Positions 31,794-42,661 of a stretch of DNA of 64,000 bases are shown one piece after another. Under the pieces are notes generated by a model. It was not told the origin of the DNA. It ran no database searches and worked only from the letters and a program-made list of their open reading frames with translations. Position numbers and translations under genes: made by a program. The stretch covers positions 54 to 64,053 of the forward strand of contig CAZRRU010000091.1 of NCBI GenBank assembly GCA_964602635.1, written 5' to 3'. Numbering within the stretch: position 1 is the first letter of the stretch; each line of letters begins with the position of its first letter. This stretch comes from an uncultured Gemmatimonadota bacterium. Its GTDB lineage: Bacteria > Gemmatimonadota > Gemmatimonadetes > Palauibacterales > Palauibacteraceae.

Positions 31794-33890
31794 ATGGGTA
31801 CCGAGTACGGTTCCTCCGATATCAGAAACATCGCGGTTCTCGGTCATGGCGGCAGCGGCAAGACGACTCTGGTCGACGCCATGTGCTTCATAGCGGGCTC
31901 CACCACGCGGCGTGGTTCGGTAGAGAACGGCACGGCGCACACGGACTTCACTCCCGAAGAGAACGATCACGGCATCTCGATCAACCTGGCCATGGGCCGG
32001 GCCGAGTGGATCGGCGCGAAGATCAACCTGATCGACACGCCGGGATACCTGGACTTCTTTGGCGAGGTGGAAGCCGGAGTGCGAGTGGCCGACGGCGGTC
32101 TCATAGTGGTGAGCGCCACGAATGGAGTGGAGGTTGGTACGGAGCGCGTGTGGTCGACATGTGCCCGTCGCTCCCTGCCGCGAATGCTGTTCGTGTCGAT
32201 GATGGATCGCGAAAACGCCAGCTTCGAGAAGTGTTTCGACCAGATCCGCGACACGCTGTCGGCTGAGGCGATCCCGGTGGAAGTGCCGATCGGCACAGGT
32301 GACGACTTCAGCGGGATCGTCAACCTGTTCTCCAACAAGGCTCACGTCTACAAGGCGGGATCGGCCAAAGGCGAGTACCAGGAGACGGAGATCCCCGGCG
32401 AGTTGCTGGACACGGTTGAGCGGTACCGGGAGCAGTTGATCGAGACGATTGCGGCGACGGATGACGAGCTTCTGGAGGCCTATCTCGAGGGCGAGGAGCT
32501 GGATCGCGACAAGGTGTTGGCCGCCATGTCATCGGCGATGTGGCGCGGGGAGCTGTTCCCCATCTTCTGCGGATCGGGCGATACGGGACGCGGCGTACGC
32601 GCCGTGATGAACAAGCTGGTCGAGCTCATGCCATCGCCCGTCGATTCAGGTCTGGTCGAGGTCTCGAACGCGAAAGGTGATGTCACCGAGTTGCAGCCGT
32701 CGGACTCGGAGCCGCTCACGGCGATCGTCTTCAAGACGACCCAGGAGCCGCGTGTCGGCGAGCTCACCTACTTCCTGGTGTTCTCCGGATCCGTTCGCGG
32801 AGGTGTGACCGTATCCAACCCCGGCCGGAATACTACGGAGCGCCTGTCGCATCCGGGCACTCCGGACGGCGCGGGCCGCCACGAGGTCGAGGTCCTGCAC
32901 GCCGGGGACATCGGGGTGATCGCGAAGCTCAAGGACACGCACACGGGAGACACCCTGTGTGCCCAGGGCAAGGACTTCCGCCTTTCTCCGATCAACTGGC
33001 CGAAGCCGGACATCGCGATCGCCATCTTCCCGGCTTCGCGCGGAGAGGAAGACAAGCTGGCCAACGGACTGAACCGGGTTCACGAGGAAGACCCGACCTT
33101 CGTGGCGGCGTACGATCCGGAGCTCGGCCAGACGATCGCCCGCGGGCTCGGTGAGCTCCATCTGAATGTCGCGATGGAGCGCCTGAAGCGGAAATTTGCC
33201 GTGAACGTGGAAACCGAGGCGCCGCGCATCGCATACCGCGAGACGATCACCAGGAAGGCCCAGGGCCAGGGACGGTACAAGAAGCAGACAGGTGGCCGCG
33301 GGCAGTACGGCGATTGCTGGCTTCGGGTGGCGCCGCGGACTCGCGGCGAGGGCTTCGAGTTCATCAGCAAGATCGTGGGCGGTGTGATCCCCAGCAAGTT
33401 CGTTCCGGCCGTCGGCAAGGGCGTCCAGGAGGCCCTCGCCAGGGGGATTCTCGCCGGGTACCCGGTGGTGGACGTCGAAGTGGAGTGCTACGACGGGTCC
33501 TACCACGCGGTGGACAGCTCCGAGCAGGCGTTCAAGGTTGCCGGCTCGATGGCGTTTCAGAAGGTCGCACGTGACGCCGGCCCGATCGTGCTCGAGCCGA
33601 TCCTCGAGGTCGAGGTGCGGACGCCCGAGGAGTTCATGGGCGAGGTGATCGGGGACCTCAACCAGCGCCGGGGCCGGATCATGGGCATGGACGCCGATGG
33701 GCACTGGCAGGTGGTCAAGGCGAAGGTGCCCCAGGCCGAGATGTACCGCTACTCGACGGCGCTGCGGTCCCTGACCCAGGGCAAAGGCGGTCACTCGCGC
33801 GATCTGTCGGGATACGAGCCGGCCCCTCCGGACGTGACCAGGAAGATCATCGCGGAGGCCGAAGAGCGTAAGGAAGAAGAGCACCGCTGA
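31794..33890 (+). CDS. Elongation factor G paralog (EF-G2-like translational GTPase)
   Basis: 698 aa with full EF-G domain order (G domain, II, III, IV, V). G1 is GHGGSGKTT, G3 is DTPGYLDF, and the G4 position reads SMMD instead of NKMD. The gene is not in an rpsL-rpsG-fusA context. Confidence 0.85.
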   Translation: MGTEYGSSDIRNIAVLGHGGSGKTTLVDAMCFIAGSTTRRGSVENGTAHTDFTPEENDHGISINLAMGRAEWIGAKINLIDTPGYLDFFGEVEAGVRVADGGLIVVSATNGVEVGTERVWSTCARRSLPRMLFVSMMDRENASFEKCFDQIRDTLSAEAIPVEVPIGTGDDFSGIVNLFSNKAHVYKAGSAKGEYQETEIPGELLDTVERYREQLIETIAATDDELLEAYLEGEELDRDKVLAAMSSAMWRGELFPIFCGSGDTGRGVRAVMNKLVELMPSPVDSGLVEVSNAKGDVTELQPSDSEPLTAIVFKTTQEPRVGELTYFLVFSGSVRGGVTVSNPGRNTTERLSHPGTPDGAGRHEVEVLHAGDIGVIAKLKDTHTGDTLCAQGKDFRLSPINWPKPDIAIAIFPASRGEEDKLANGLNRVHEEDPTFVAAYDPELGQTIARGLGELHLNVAMERLKRKFAVNVETEAPRIAYRETITRKAQGQGRYKKQTGGRGQYGDCWLRVAPRTRGEGFEFISKIVGGVIPSKFVPAVGKGVQEALARGILAGYPVVDVEVECYDGSYHAVDSSEQAFKVAGSMAFQKVARDAGPIVLEPILEVEVRTPEEFMGEVIGDLNQRRGRIMGMDADGHWQVVKAKVPQAEMYRYSTALRSLTQGKGGHSRDLSGYEPAPPDVTRKIIAEAEERKEEEHR

Positions 33891-33920
33891 TCGCAGTGCC
33901 CAGGCAGGGAGTGAAGTCGT

Positions 33921-34670
33921 TTGGCGGGACATAGCAAATGGGCCCAGATCAAGCGCCAGAAGGCGGTCAACGATCAGGCCCGCGGAAAACGGTTCTCGAA
34001 GATGGGTCGCGAGATCGCCGTGGCGGCGCGCCAGGGTGGTGGCGACTCCAACTTCAATCCGCGCCTGCGCACGGCGATCGCCAACGCCAAGGCGGAGAAC
34101 ATGCCGCAGGCGAACATCGACCGTGCCGTCAAGCGAGGCACGGGAGAACTGCCGGGCATGACGTTCGAGGAGACCACGTACGAGGGCTACGGGCCCGGCG
34201 GCGTTGCCATCTACCTCGAGTGCGTGACCGACAACACGAACCGCACGGTGGCCGAGATCCGGCACATCATGAGCAAGGGCGCCGGCAACCTGGGGCAGAG
34301 CGGCTCGGTGGCCTGGATGTTCGAGCGGAAGGGCCAGATCTATGTCGACGCGAAGCGGTACACCGAGGAGGTGGCCCTCGAGTCGGCGCTCGGGGCGGGC
34401 GCGGAGGACATGCACACGGAAGACGAGCTGTACATCCTCACCACGTCGGTAGCCGACTTCCACGTGGTCCAGGACGGGCTCCGCGAGCAGGGAATCGAGT
34501 TCGAGGAGGCCGAGCTGGCGATGATCCCCACGACGTCCGTGAACGTCGAGGGCCGTGAGGCCGAGAAGCTCATCAGGCTGGTGACCGCGCTGGAAGAGCA
34601 AGACGACGTGCTGAAGCTCTACTCGAACTTCGAGGTGGATGACGAAGCGTTCGCGTCTCTCGAGGGCTGA
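33921..34670 (+). CDS. yebC: YebC/PmpR family DNA-binding transcriptional regulator
   Basis: 249 aa with a TTG start. AGHSKWAQIKRQKAVNDQARGKRFSKMGREI is the family hallmark. Confidence 0.93.
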   Translation: MAGHSKWAQIKRQKAVNDQARGKRFSKMGREIAVAARQGGGDSNFNPRLRTAIANAKAENMPQANIDRAVKRGTGELPGMTFEETTYEGYGPGGVAIYLECVTDNTNRTVAEIRHIMSKGAGNLGQSGSVAWMFERKGQIYVDAKRYTEEVALESALGAGAEDMHTEDELYILTTSVADFHVVQDGLREQGIEFEEAELAMIPTTSVNVEGREAEKLIRLVTALEEQDDVLKLYSNFEVDDEAFASLEG

Positions 34671-34721
34671 AGCCGCCCGCGGCCGGGCCCGGCCGTGTTC
34701 GGGCGGGGCGCCGGGCGTCAC

Positions 34722-35222
34722 GTGAGAGTCCTGGGAATCGATCCTGGATCCACGGTGACGGGGTACGGGGTGGTCGAAGGCAGCGGGACCGATTGGCGGC
34801 TTATCGAATGCGGGATCATCCGCTCGCCGCGGAAGGGCGATCTGGCCGTACGCCTCCTGCACATCTACAGTGACATCCAGGCAGTGATCGAACGGCTGCA
34901 GCCGGATTGCATGGCCGTCGAGGGTGTCTTCTACCGTGAGAACCCTCGCACGGCGGTGGTGCTGGCACACGCGCGCGGCGTGGCCCTGCTGGCCGGGGCC
35001 GAAAGCGGACTGCTGGTGGCGGAGTATCCGCCGGCGGAGATCAAGAAGGCGGTGGTCGGAACGGGCCGGGCGACCAAGACACAGGTGGGATTCATGGTAC
35101 AGAAACTCCTCGGGCTGGCGGAGCCACCCAGCCCGTCCGACGCGTCGGACGGATGTGCCGCCGCATTGTGTCACCTCATCGTCGGCACCGGCCCGCTCGC
35201 CCGACTGCGCGAGACGTCATGA
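34722..35222 (+). CDS. ruvC: Crossover junction endodeoxyribonuclease RuvC
   Basis: VRVLGIDPGSTVTGYGVV with the catalytic Asp is at the N-terminus. The track start is 34695 (GTG). I prefer GTG 34722 because RuvC proteins normally begin at this motif. Confidence 0.9.
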   Translation: MRVLGIDPGSTVTGYGVVEGSGTDWRLIECGIIRSPRKGDLAVRLLHIYSDIQAVIERLQPDCMAVEGVFYRENPRTAVVLAHARGVALLAGAESGLLVAEYPPAEIKKAVVGTGRATKTQVGFMVQKLLGLAEPPSPSDASDGCAAALCHLIVGTGPLARLRETS

Positions 35223-35806
35223 TCAGTCGCATCCGGGGCGAGCTGGCCGCGGTTCGTCGAGACCGCGTCGAGATCATGACCGTCGCCGGCGTGGGCTACG
35301 ACGTGATCGTCCCGTCCCGGGTCTTCGAGGACCTGCCCGAGCCGGGCGGGGAGGTTGACCTGCACACGGCTCTCGTCTCGCGGGACGACGGGATGGAGCT
35401 GTTCGGTTTTGGCAGCGCCCTGGACCGTGAGCTGTTCCTCCGCCTTCAGAGCGCCTCCGGCGTGGGTCCTCGCCTGGCGCTCGCCATCCTGGGGACGCTC
35501 CAGGCCAACCGGATCGTGAGTGCGCTGCGTAGCCGCCATCACGAGACGCTGCAGATGGTGAGTGGGGTGGGGCGGAAGACGGCGGAGCGCATGGCCCTGG
35601 AGCTGGCGGACAAGCTGGACGACCTGGCAGACTCGGCCGGCCCGGCCGCCGAGTCGCTGGACGGCGGGTTGGCGGCGCTCGGGGCTCTCAAGGCCCTCGG
35701 GTACTCCCGGCTCGAGAGCGAGAAGGCCCTCAAGGCGGCCCGTCGGGAAGTCGGCGGAGACGTCGATACCGAAGAAGTGATCCGAGCCGCCTTGCAACAC
35801 CTGTAG
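35219..35806 (+). CDS. ruvA: Holliday junction branch migration complex subunit RuvA
   Basis: MISRIRGEL...VGYDV...LFGF...[20 protein letters not shown]. An ATGA overlap links it to ruvC. Confidence 0.93.
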   Translation: MISRIRGELAAVRRDRVEIMTVAGVGYDVIVPSRVFEDLPEPGGEVDLHTALVSRDDGMELFGFGSALDRELFLRLQSASGVGPRLALAILGTLQANRIVSALRSRHHETLQMVSGVGRKTAERMALELADKLDDLADSAGPAAESLDGGLAALGALKALGYSRLESEKALKAARREVGGDVDTEEVIRAALQHL

Positions 35807-35826
35807 CGGCCATCCCGGAGATCCCG

Positions 35827-36862
35827 ATGTCGGAACGCCTGGAAGTCACGACCCCGCAGCCGCTCGACGGCGAGGTAGGTCACGAGCGGTCGCTGCGCCC
35901 CGACCGCCTCGCGGAATTCGTGGGCCAGGATACGGTCAAGGAGGCGCTCGACGTCTACATTCGAGCCGCCCTGCAGCGCCAGGAAGCGCTGGATCACACC
36001 CTGTTCTTCGGCCCTCCGGGTCTCGGGAAGACGACGCTGGCCATCCTGATGGCCCGCGAGCTGGACGTGAACATCAAGATCACCTCGGGCCCGGTTCTCG
36101 AGAAGCCCGGTGATCTAGCGGGTCTGCTCACCAATCTGGGCCACGGCGACATCCTGTTTATCGACGAGATCCATCGCCTGCGGCCGGTGGTCGAGGAGTA
36201 CCTGTATCCGGCCATGGAGGACTATCGGATCGAGATTCGGCTGAGCGAAGGGGCCCGAGCTCAGACCGTGTCGATGAAGATCGAGCAGTTCACCCTGGTT
36301 GGCGCCACCACCCGGTTCGGACTTCTCACCCCGCCGATGAGGGCGCGCTTCGGGGTGGTCGAGAGGCTCAACTACTATCCGCCCGAGGAGCTCCAGCAGA
36401 TCGTCGAACGCTCGGCCGGAATCTTCGGTGTATCGATCGACCGGGATGGAGCCTCCGAGATTGCCCGGCGCTCGCGCGGCACCCCGCGCATCGCCAACCG
36501 GCTTCTGCGCCGGGTGCGCGACTTCGCCCAGGTAAAGTCGGACGGGCGAATCGACGGAGACACGTCCCGCGGGGCTCTGGAGATGCTGAACGTGGACGAG
36601 TACGGCCTCGACGAGATGGACGCCCGTATCCTGCGAGCGATCATCGAGAACTTCGGGGGCGGTCCCGTAGGTCTGGGCTCGCTGGCCGTGGCCGTGAGCG
36701 AAGACACCAACACGCTCGAAGAAGTATACGAGCCCTATCTGATCCAGAACGGCTATCTGCACCGCACGACCCGTGGCAGGGTCGCCACGCCGCGGGCCTT
36801 CCAGCGGTTCGGATACGCACTTCCAAAGGATGGAGAGTCGGCCCAGGCGGGACTGTTCGGGG

Positions 36863-36873
<11 letters not shown>
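35827..36873 (+). CDS. ruvB: Holliday junction branch migration DNA helicase RuvB
   Basis: 348 aa. The Walker A motif is [15 protein letters not shown] and the sensor region [18 protein letters not shown] are present. Confidence 0.97.
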
Positions 36874-39080
<2,207 letters not shown>

Positions 39081-39143
39081 ACGATACACTGAACCAGGGA
39101 GGCCCCTCCCGCCGACAGCGGAGAGGGCCACGGGAGTTGAAAA

Positions 39144-39461
39144 GTGCTGATCCTCTCGCTTATTCAGGCGCAGACCGCAACGGGGCCGAATCCGTTCGGC
39201 ACGGTGTTCATGTTCGGTGCCATCTTCATGATCTTCTACTTCCTGCTCATCCGGCCGCAGCGGAAGCAGCAGAAATAGCATGACGAGATGGTGAAGTCCC
39301 TTGCCCGGGGCGACGAAGTGGTCACGGTCGGCGGAATTATAGGCAAGATCGTGCATCTCACTGACGATCGCGTGACCATCAAGACGGCCGACGACACGCG
39401 TCTCGAGGTCCAGCGGTCCAAGGTCGGAGGCAAGACCGCCGGCGCGGGTTCCGACGGCTGA
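39144..39461 (+). pseudogene. yajC: Preprotein translocase subunit YajC interrupted by an in-frame TAG at 39276-39278
   Basis: My translation from GTG 39144 (GGGAG 7 nt upstream) is VLILSLIQAQTATGPNPFGTVFMFGAIFMIFYFLLIRPQRKQQK*HDEMVKSLARGDEVVTVGGIIGKIVHLTDDRVTIKTADDTRLEVQRSKV... The stop aligns with the Glu of the conserved RPQxKRxKEH motif (E. coli ILRPQQKRTKEHKKLMDSIAKGDEV). The gene sits in the canonical queA-tgt-yajC position. Neither half reaches the ORF-track length cutoff. Confidence 0.8.
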
Positions 39462-39495
39462 GAGCGAGCCGGGGAAGGCGGGAAGGTCAGCCGGG

Positions 39496-39999
39496 ATGAG
39501 CGTTCGCGCGGTGCGATATCTGGGCGATCCCGCTCTGCGGGAGATGTGCCGCGAAGTGGAGGCGATCGATGACGACGTCCACGCCCTCGTGGACGATCTC
39601 CTCGAGACGATGTATGCGGCGGACGGGATCGGTCTGGCCGGCCCCCAGATAGGGGTGCCGCTTCGGGTGTTCGTGTACGACATCAGGGACGACGAGATAG
39701 AGCCCGGCGTGCTGGTGAATCCCCGAATCGTCGAGGCGACGGGTACGCAGCGGGAGGTCGAGGGCTGCCTCAGCATTCCGGGACTCGATGAAGTCGTCGA
39801 GCGCAGCGAGCGTGTAGTGGTCGAGGGCCTCGATCGGGACGGAGAGCCGGTGCGCGTCGAAGCGGAGGGGCTCCTGAGCCGATGTCTCCAGCATGAGACG
39901 GACCATCTCGACGGTGTCCTGTTCATCGACCGCGTGAGTCCACTCAAGCGCCGCATGCTGCTCAAGAAGTGGTCGAAGATGGACGAGTCCCGGCGATAG
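39496..39999 (+). CDS. def: Peptide deformylase
   Basis: 167 aa with the three PDF motifs GIGLAGPQIG, EGCLSIPG and QHETDHLDG. Confidence 0.96.
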   Translation: MSVRAVRYLGDPALREMCREVEAIDDDVHALVDDLLETMYAADGIGLAGPQIGVPLRVFVYDIRDDEIEPGVLVNPRIVEATGTQREVEGCLSIPGLDEVVERSERVVVEGLDRDGEPVRVEAEGLLSRCLQHETDHLDGVLFIDRVSPLKRRMLLKKWSKMDESRR

Positions 40000-40041
40000 T
40001 CGCCGGTTCGGATCCAACCGCGGAATCGACGGGAAGAGCGA

Positions 40042-40974
40042 ATGAGGATCCTGTTCTGGGGTACCCCCGACTTCGGCGTGCCGTCGCTGCGAGCTCTCCA
40101 GGAGGAGGGACACGCGGTGGTGGCCGTAGTGACGCAGCCCGACCGGCCGGCCGGCCGGGGACGCGTGCTGCGTCCGGGGGCGATCAAGACGGTCGCGCTG
40201 GAGGAAGGCATCCCGGTGCTCCAGCCGGAGAAGCCGCGTGGCGACTCGTTTCTGGCCCAGCTGCGTGAGCTCGATCCCGAGCTGTCCGTCGTCGCGGCGT
40301 ACGGCGAGATCCTGACCGACGACGTCCTGGAGCTTCCGACGCTGGGCTCGGTGAACGTTCATGCCTCCCTGCTTCCAGAGCTCCGCGGGGCGGCTCCGGT
40401 CAACTGGGCCATCATCCGCGGGCACGAGCATTCCGGTGTCACCATCATGCGGATGGTCCGGGAACTGGATGCCGGGCCGGTGCTGTATCGGGTCGCGGTC
40501 GAGCTGGATTCGGACCTGACGGCCGGTGAGCTGTATGAAATGCTGTCCGAGATCGGCGCATCCGCCGTGGTCGAGGCCCTGGCCCAGATGGAAGCGGGCT
40601 CGCTGCGTGAGGAGCCGCAGGTCCACGAGCATGCCACGTACGCGCCCAAGATGAGTCGGGAAGGCGCCCGGCTGGACTGGCGGTTGCCGGCGGTCGAGCT
40701 CGATCGGTGGATTCGGGGCTGCGACCCCTGGCCGGGTGCGTGGACCACCATCGACGATCGGTCGGTCCAGGTGTTCGGCCCGGAGGCGGATTCCTGCGAC
40801 GAAACAGGGCCACCGGGCACCGTGCTCGCGGCGAGCTCGCAGCAGGGCCTCGTCGTGGCGACGGGGTCGGGGGCGATCCGCCTGCGGGAGGTCAAGCCGG
40901 CCGGCCGCGCGCGTATGTCCGCGGAGGACTGGATTCGCGGGCGAGCCGTGACGGAGGGCCAGTCGTTCGAGTGA
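40042..40974 (+). CDS. fmt: Methionyl-tRNA formyltransferase
   Basis: 310 aa. Motifs present are MRILFWGTPDFGVPSL, VVTQPDRPAGRG and NVHASLLPELRGAAPVNWAI. Confidence 0.96.
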   Translation: MRILFWGTPDFGVPSLRALQEEGHAVVAVVTQPDRPAGRGRVLRPGAIKTVALEEGIPVLQPEKPRGDSFLAQLRELDPELSVVAAYGEILTDDVLELPTLGSVNVHASLLPELRGAAPVNWAIIRGHEHSGVTIMRMVRELDAGPVLYRVAVELDSDLTAGELYEMLSEIGASAVVEALAQMEAGSLREEPQVHEHATYAPKMSREGARLDWRLPAVELDRWIRGCDPWPGAWTTIDDRSVQVFGPEADSCDETGPPGTVLAASSQQGLVVATGSGAIRLREVKPAGRARMSAEDWIRGRAVTEGQSFE

Positions 40975-41603
40975 AGGTGCCGCTCCTGCACGTGATCGCC
41001 ACCGATGAGGTGGCGCAGGCTCCGACCTTCCGGTCGGTGGCCGAGGAGCTGATGGAGGCGGGAGGGGAACGGCTCGCGCTTCACCTGAGGCTTCGGCACG
41101 CCAACGGACGGAGCTTTCACGGTCTGGCCGAGCGGCTCGGCAAGACGGCTGCCGCTGCCGGCGCCTGGTGTGTGGTCAACGGTCGCGTCGACGTTGCCCT
41201 CGCCGCGGGGGTTCAGGCCGTCCAGCTCGGATGGGGAGCGCTTCAGGTGCGCGAGGTCATGAAGATATCGGGAGGACGGCTTGCCATCGGGGCTTCCGTG
41301 CACTCGGCGAACGAGGCGAGGGAACGGGCGGAAGAGGGCGCCGACTTCCTGGTGGCCGGTTCCGTATACTCTACGGTGACCCACCCGGATCGAGTTCCGG
41401 ATGGGCCGGCTCTGGTGACATCGTGCGCCGTCGTCGGCGTGCCGGTCGTGGGAATCGGTGGAATAGACGCGAGCAACGCGGAGCAGGTCATTACCGCCGG
41501 TGCCGCGGGAGTCGCGGTGATTCGTGCCGTCTGGCAGGCCGCGGATCCGGTTGAACAGGCTTTGCGGCTCATCGAGCGGGTTTCAGATCGTGCACGCGCA
41601 TGA
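40971..41603 (+). CDS. thiE: Thiamine-phosphate synthase
   Basis: This is the C-terminal part of track ORF 40707..41603. GTG 40971 forms a GTGA overlap with the fmt stop. TMP-TENI pattern is present: LHLRLR, VVNGRVDVALAAGVQAVQLG, IGASVHS, GADFLVAGSVY, PVVGIGGI. Confidence 0.8.
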   Translation: MKVPLLHVIATDEVAQAPTFRSVAEELMEAGGERLALHLRLRHANGRSFHGLAERLGKTAAAAGAWCVVNGRVDVALAAGVQAVQLGWGALQVREVMKISGGRLAIGASVHSANEARERAEEGADFLVAGSVYSTVTHPDRVPDGPALVTSCAVVGVPVVGIGGIDASNAEQVITAGAAGVAVIRAVWQAADPVEQALRLIERVSDRARA

Positions 41604-41622
41604 CCGGGAGGACGGAAGGCGC

Positions 41623-41826
41623 ATGCTCAGGGTAGAAGTCAACGGCACGGACCGGGAAGTATCGGAGGGTCGCTCGGTGGCAGGCCTCCTCGAGGACCTG
41701 GAGCTGGATGGCCGACTGGTCGTCGTCGAGCTCAACCGACAGATCATCCGGCGTACCGAGATCGGCCACGTGGTCCTGCAGGACGGGGACCGCGTGGAGA
41801 TCGTCCACTTCGTGGGCGGCGGTTGA
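41623..41826 (+). CDS. thiS: Sulfur carrier protein ThiS
   Basis: 67 aa, MLRVEVNGTDREV...DRVEIVHFVGGG, with the obligatory C-terminal GG. It lies between thiE and thiG. Confidence 0.88.
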   Translation: MLRVEVNGTDREVSEGRSVAGLLEDLELDGRLVVVELNRQIIRRTEIGHVVLQDGDRVEIVHFVGGG

Positions 41827-41854
41827 AACACGCAAACGGACATCGAGTCAGGAT

Positions 41855-42661
41855 ATGAATACGGTCACGAAGAACCGGGTGGCACCGGATCCGGATCCCC
41901 TCACGATCGGTGGCAGGACCTTCGCGTCCCGGTTGATCGTTGGAACCGGCAAGTACCGGGACGCCGAGCAGACGGTGGCGGCCCTCAGGGCGTCGGGCGC
42001 CGAGATGGTCACGGTCGCGGTGCGAAGAGTGGATCTCGACGCCTCGAAGGAGGAGAGTCTGCTGCACCACCTGGATCCGCGGGAGTTCTTCCTGCTTCCG
42101 AACACGGCGGGCTGCTACACGGAAGACGATGCGGTGCGATACGCGCGCCTGGGCAGGGAGGCCGGGCTGAGCCATTGGGTGAAGCTGGAAGTGATCGGCG
42201 ACCAGGAAACGCTTCTTCCCGACACGGAGGCGCTTCTCGCGGCGACGAGGACTCTGGTGGCCGACGGATTCATCGTCCTGCCCTACACCAACGACGACCT
42301 GATCACGGCCCTGAAGCTCCAGGACGCGGGAGCGGCGGCCGTCATGCCGCTGGCTTCGCCGATCGGCAGCGGGCTTGGACTGCTCAATCCGTTGAATATC
42401 AGGCTTCTCAAGAGCCGCCTGGACGTGCCGGTCATCGTGGACGCCGGGGTCGGGACAGCTTCCGACGCCTGTGCCACCATGGAGCAGGGCGTCGATGGAA
42501 TCCTCATGAACACGGCGCTCGCGGCGGCGGACGATCCCGTACTGATGGCGCACGCGATGCGTCAGGCCGTCGAGGCCGGAAGGGCAGCGTGGCGGGCCGG
42601 TCGCATGCCGACTCGCGAATGGGCAGTGCCTTCCAGCCCGTCCGCGGGCATGCTGGATTGA
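41855..42661 (+). CDS. thiG: Thiazole synthase
   Basis: This is the C-terminal part of track ORF 41708..42661, starting at ATG 41855. Motifs present are LTIGGRTFASRLIVGTGKY, NTAGC, VKLEVIGD, VMPLASPIGSGLG and VIVDAGVGTASDA. Confidence 0.95.
   Translation: MNTVTKNRVAPDPDPLTIGGRTFASRLIVGTGKYRDAEQTVAALRASGAEMVTVAVRRVDLDASKEESLLHHLDPREFFLLPNTAGCYTEDDAVRYARLGREAGLSHWVKLEVIGDQETLLPDTEALLAATRTLVADGFIVLPYTNDDLITALKLQDAGAAAVMPLASPIGSGLGLLNPLNIRLLKSRLDVPVIVDAGVGTASDACATMEQGVDGILMNTALAAADDPVLMAHAMRQAVEAGRAAWRAGRMPTREWAVPSSPSAGMLD

Noticed and set aside
32646-35174. 842-aa minus-strand ORF
   Set aside because: It lies antisense to the EF-G paralog, yebC and ruvC, all of which have strong family motifs. 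Its translation is low-complexity and Arg/Leu-rich.
39276-39278. Idea that TAG is reassigned (pyrrolysine or a sense codon) in this organism
   Set aside because: TAG terminates several well-delimited genes in this window (17744, 23056, 60855, 63783). No pyl genes or other in-frame TAGs were seen. A local mutation, sequencing error or split gene is more parsimonious.
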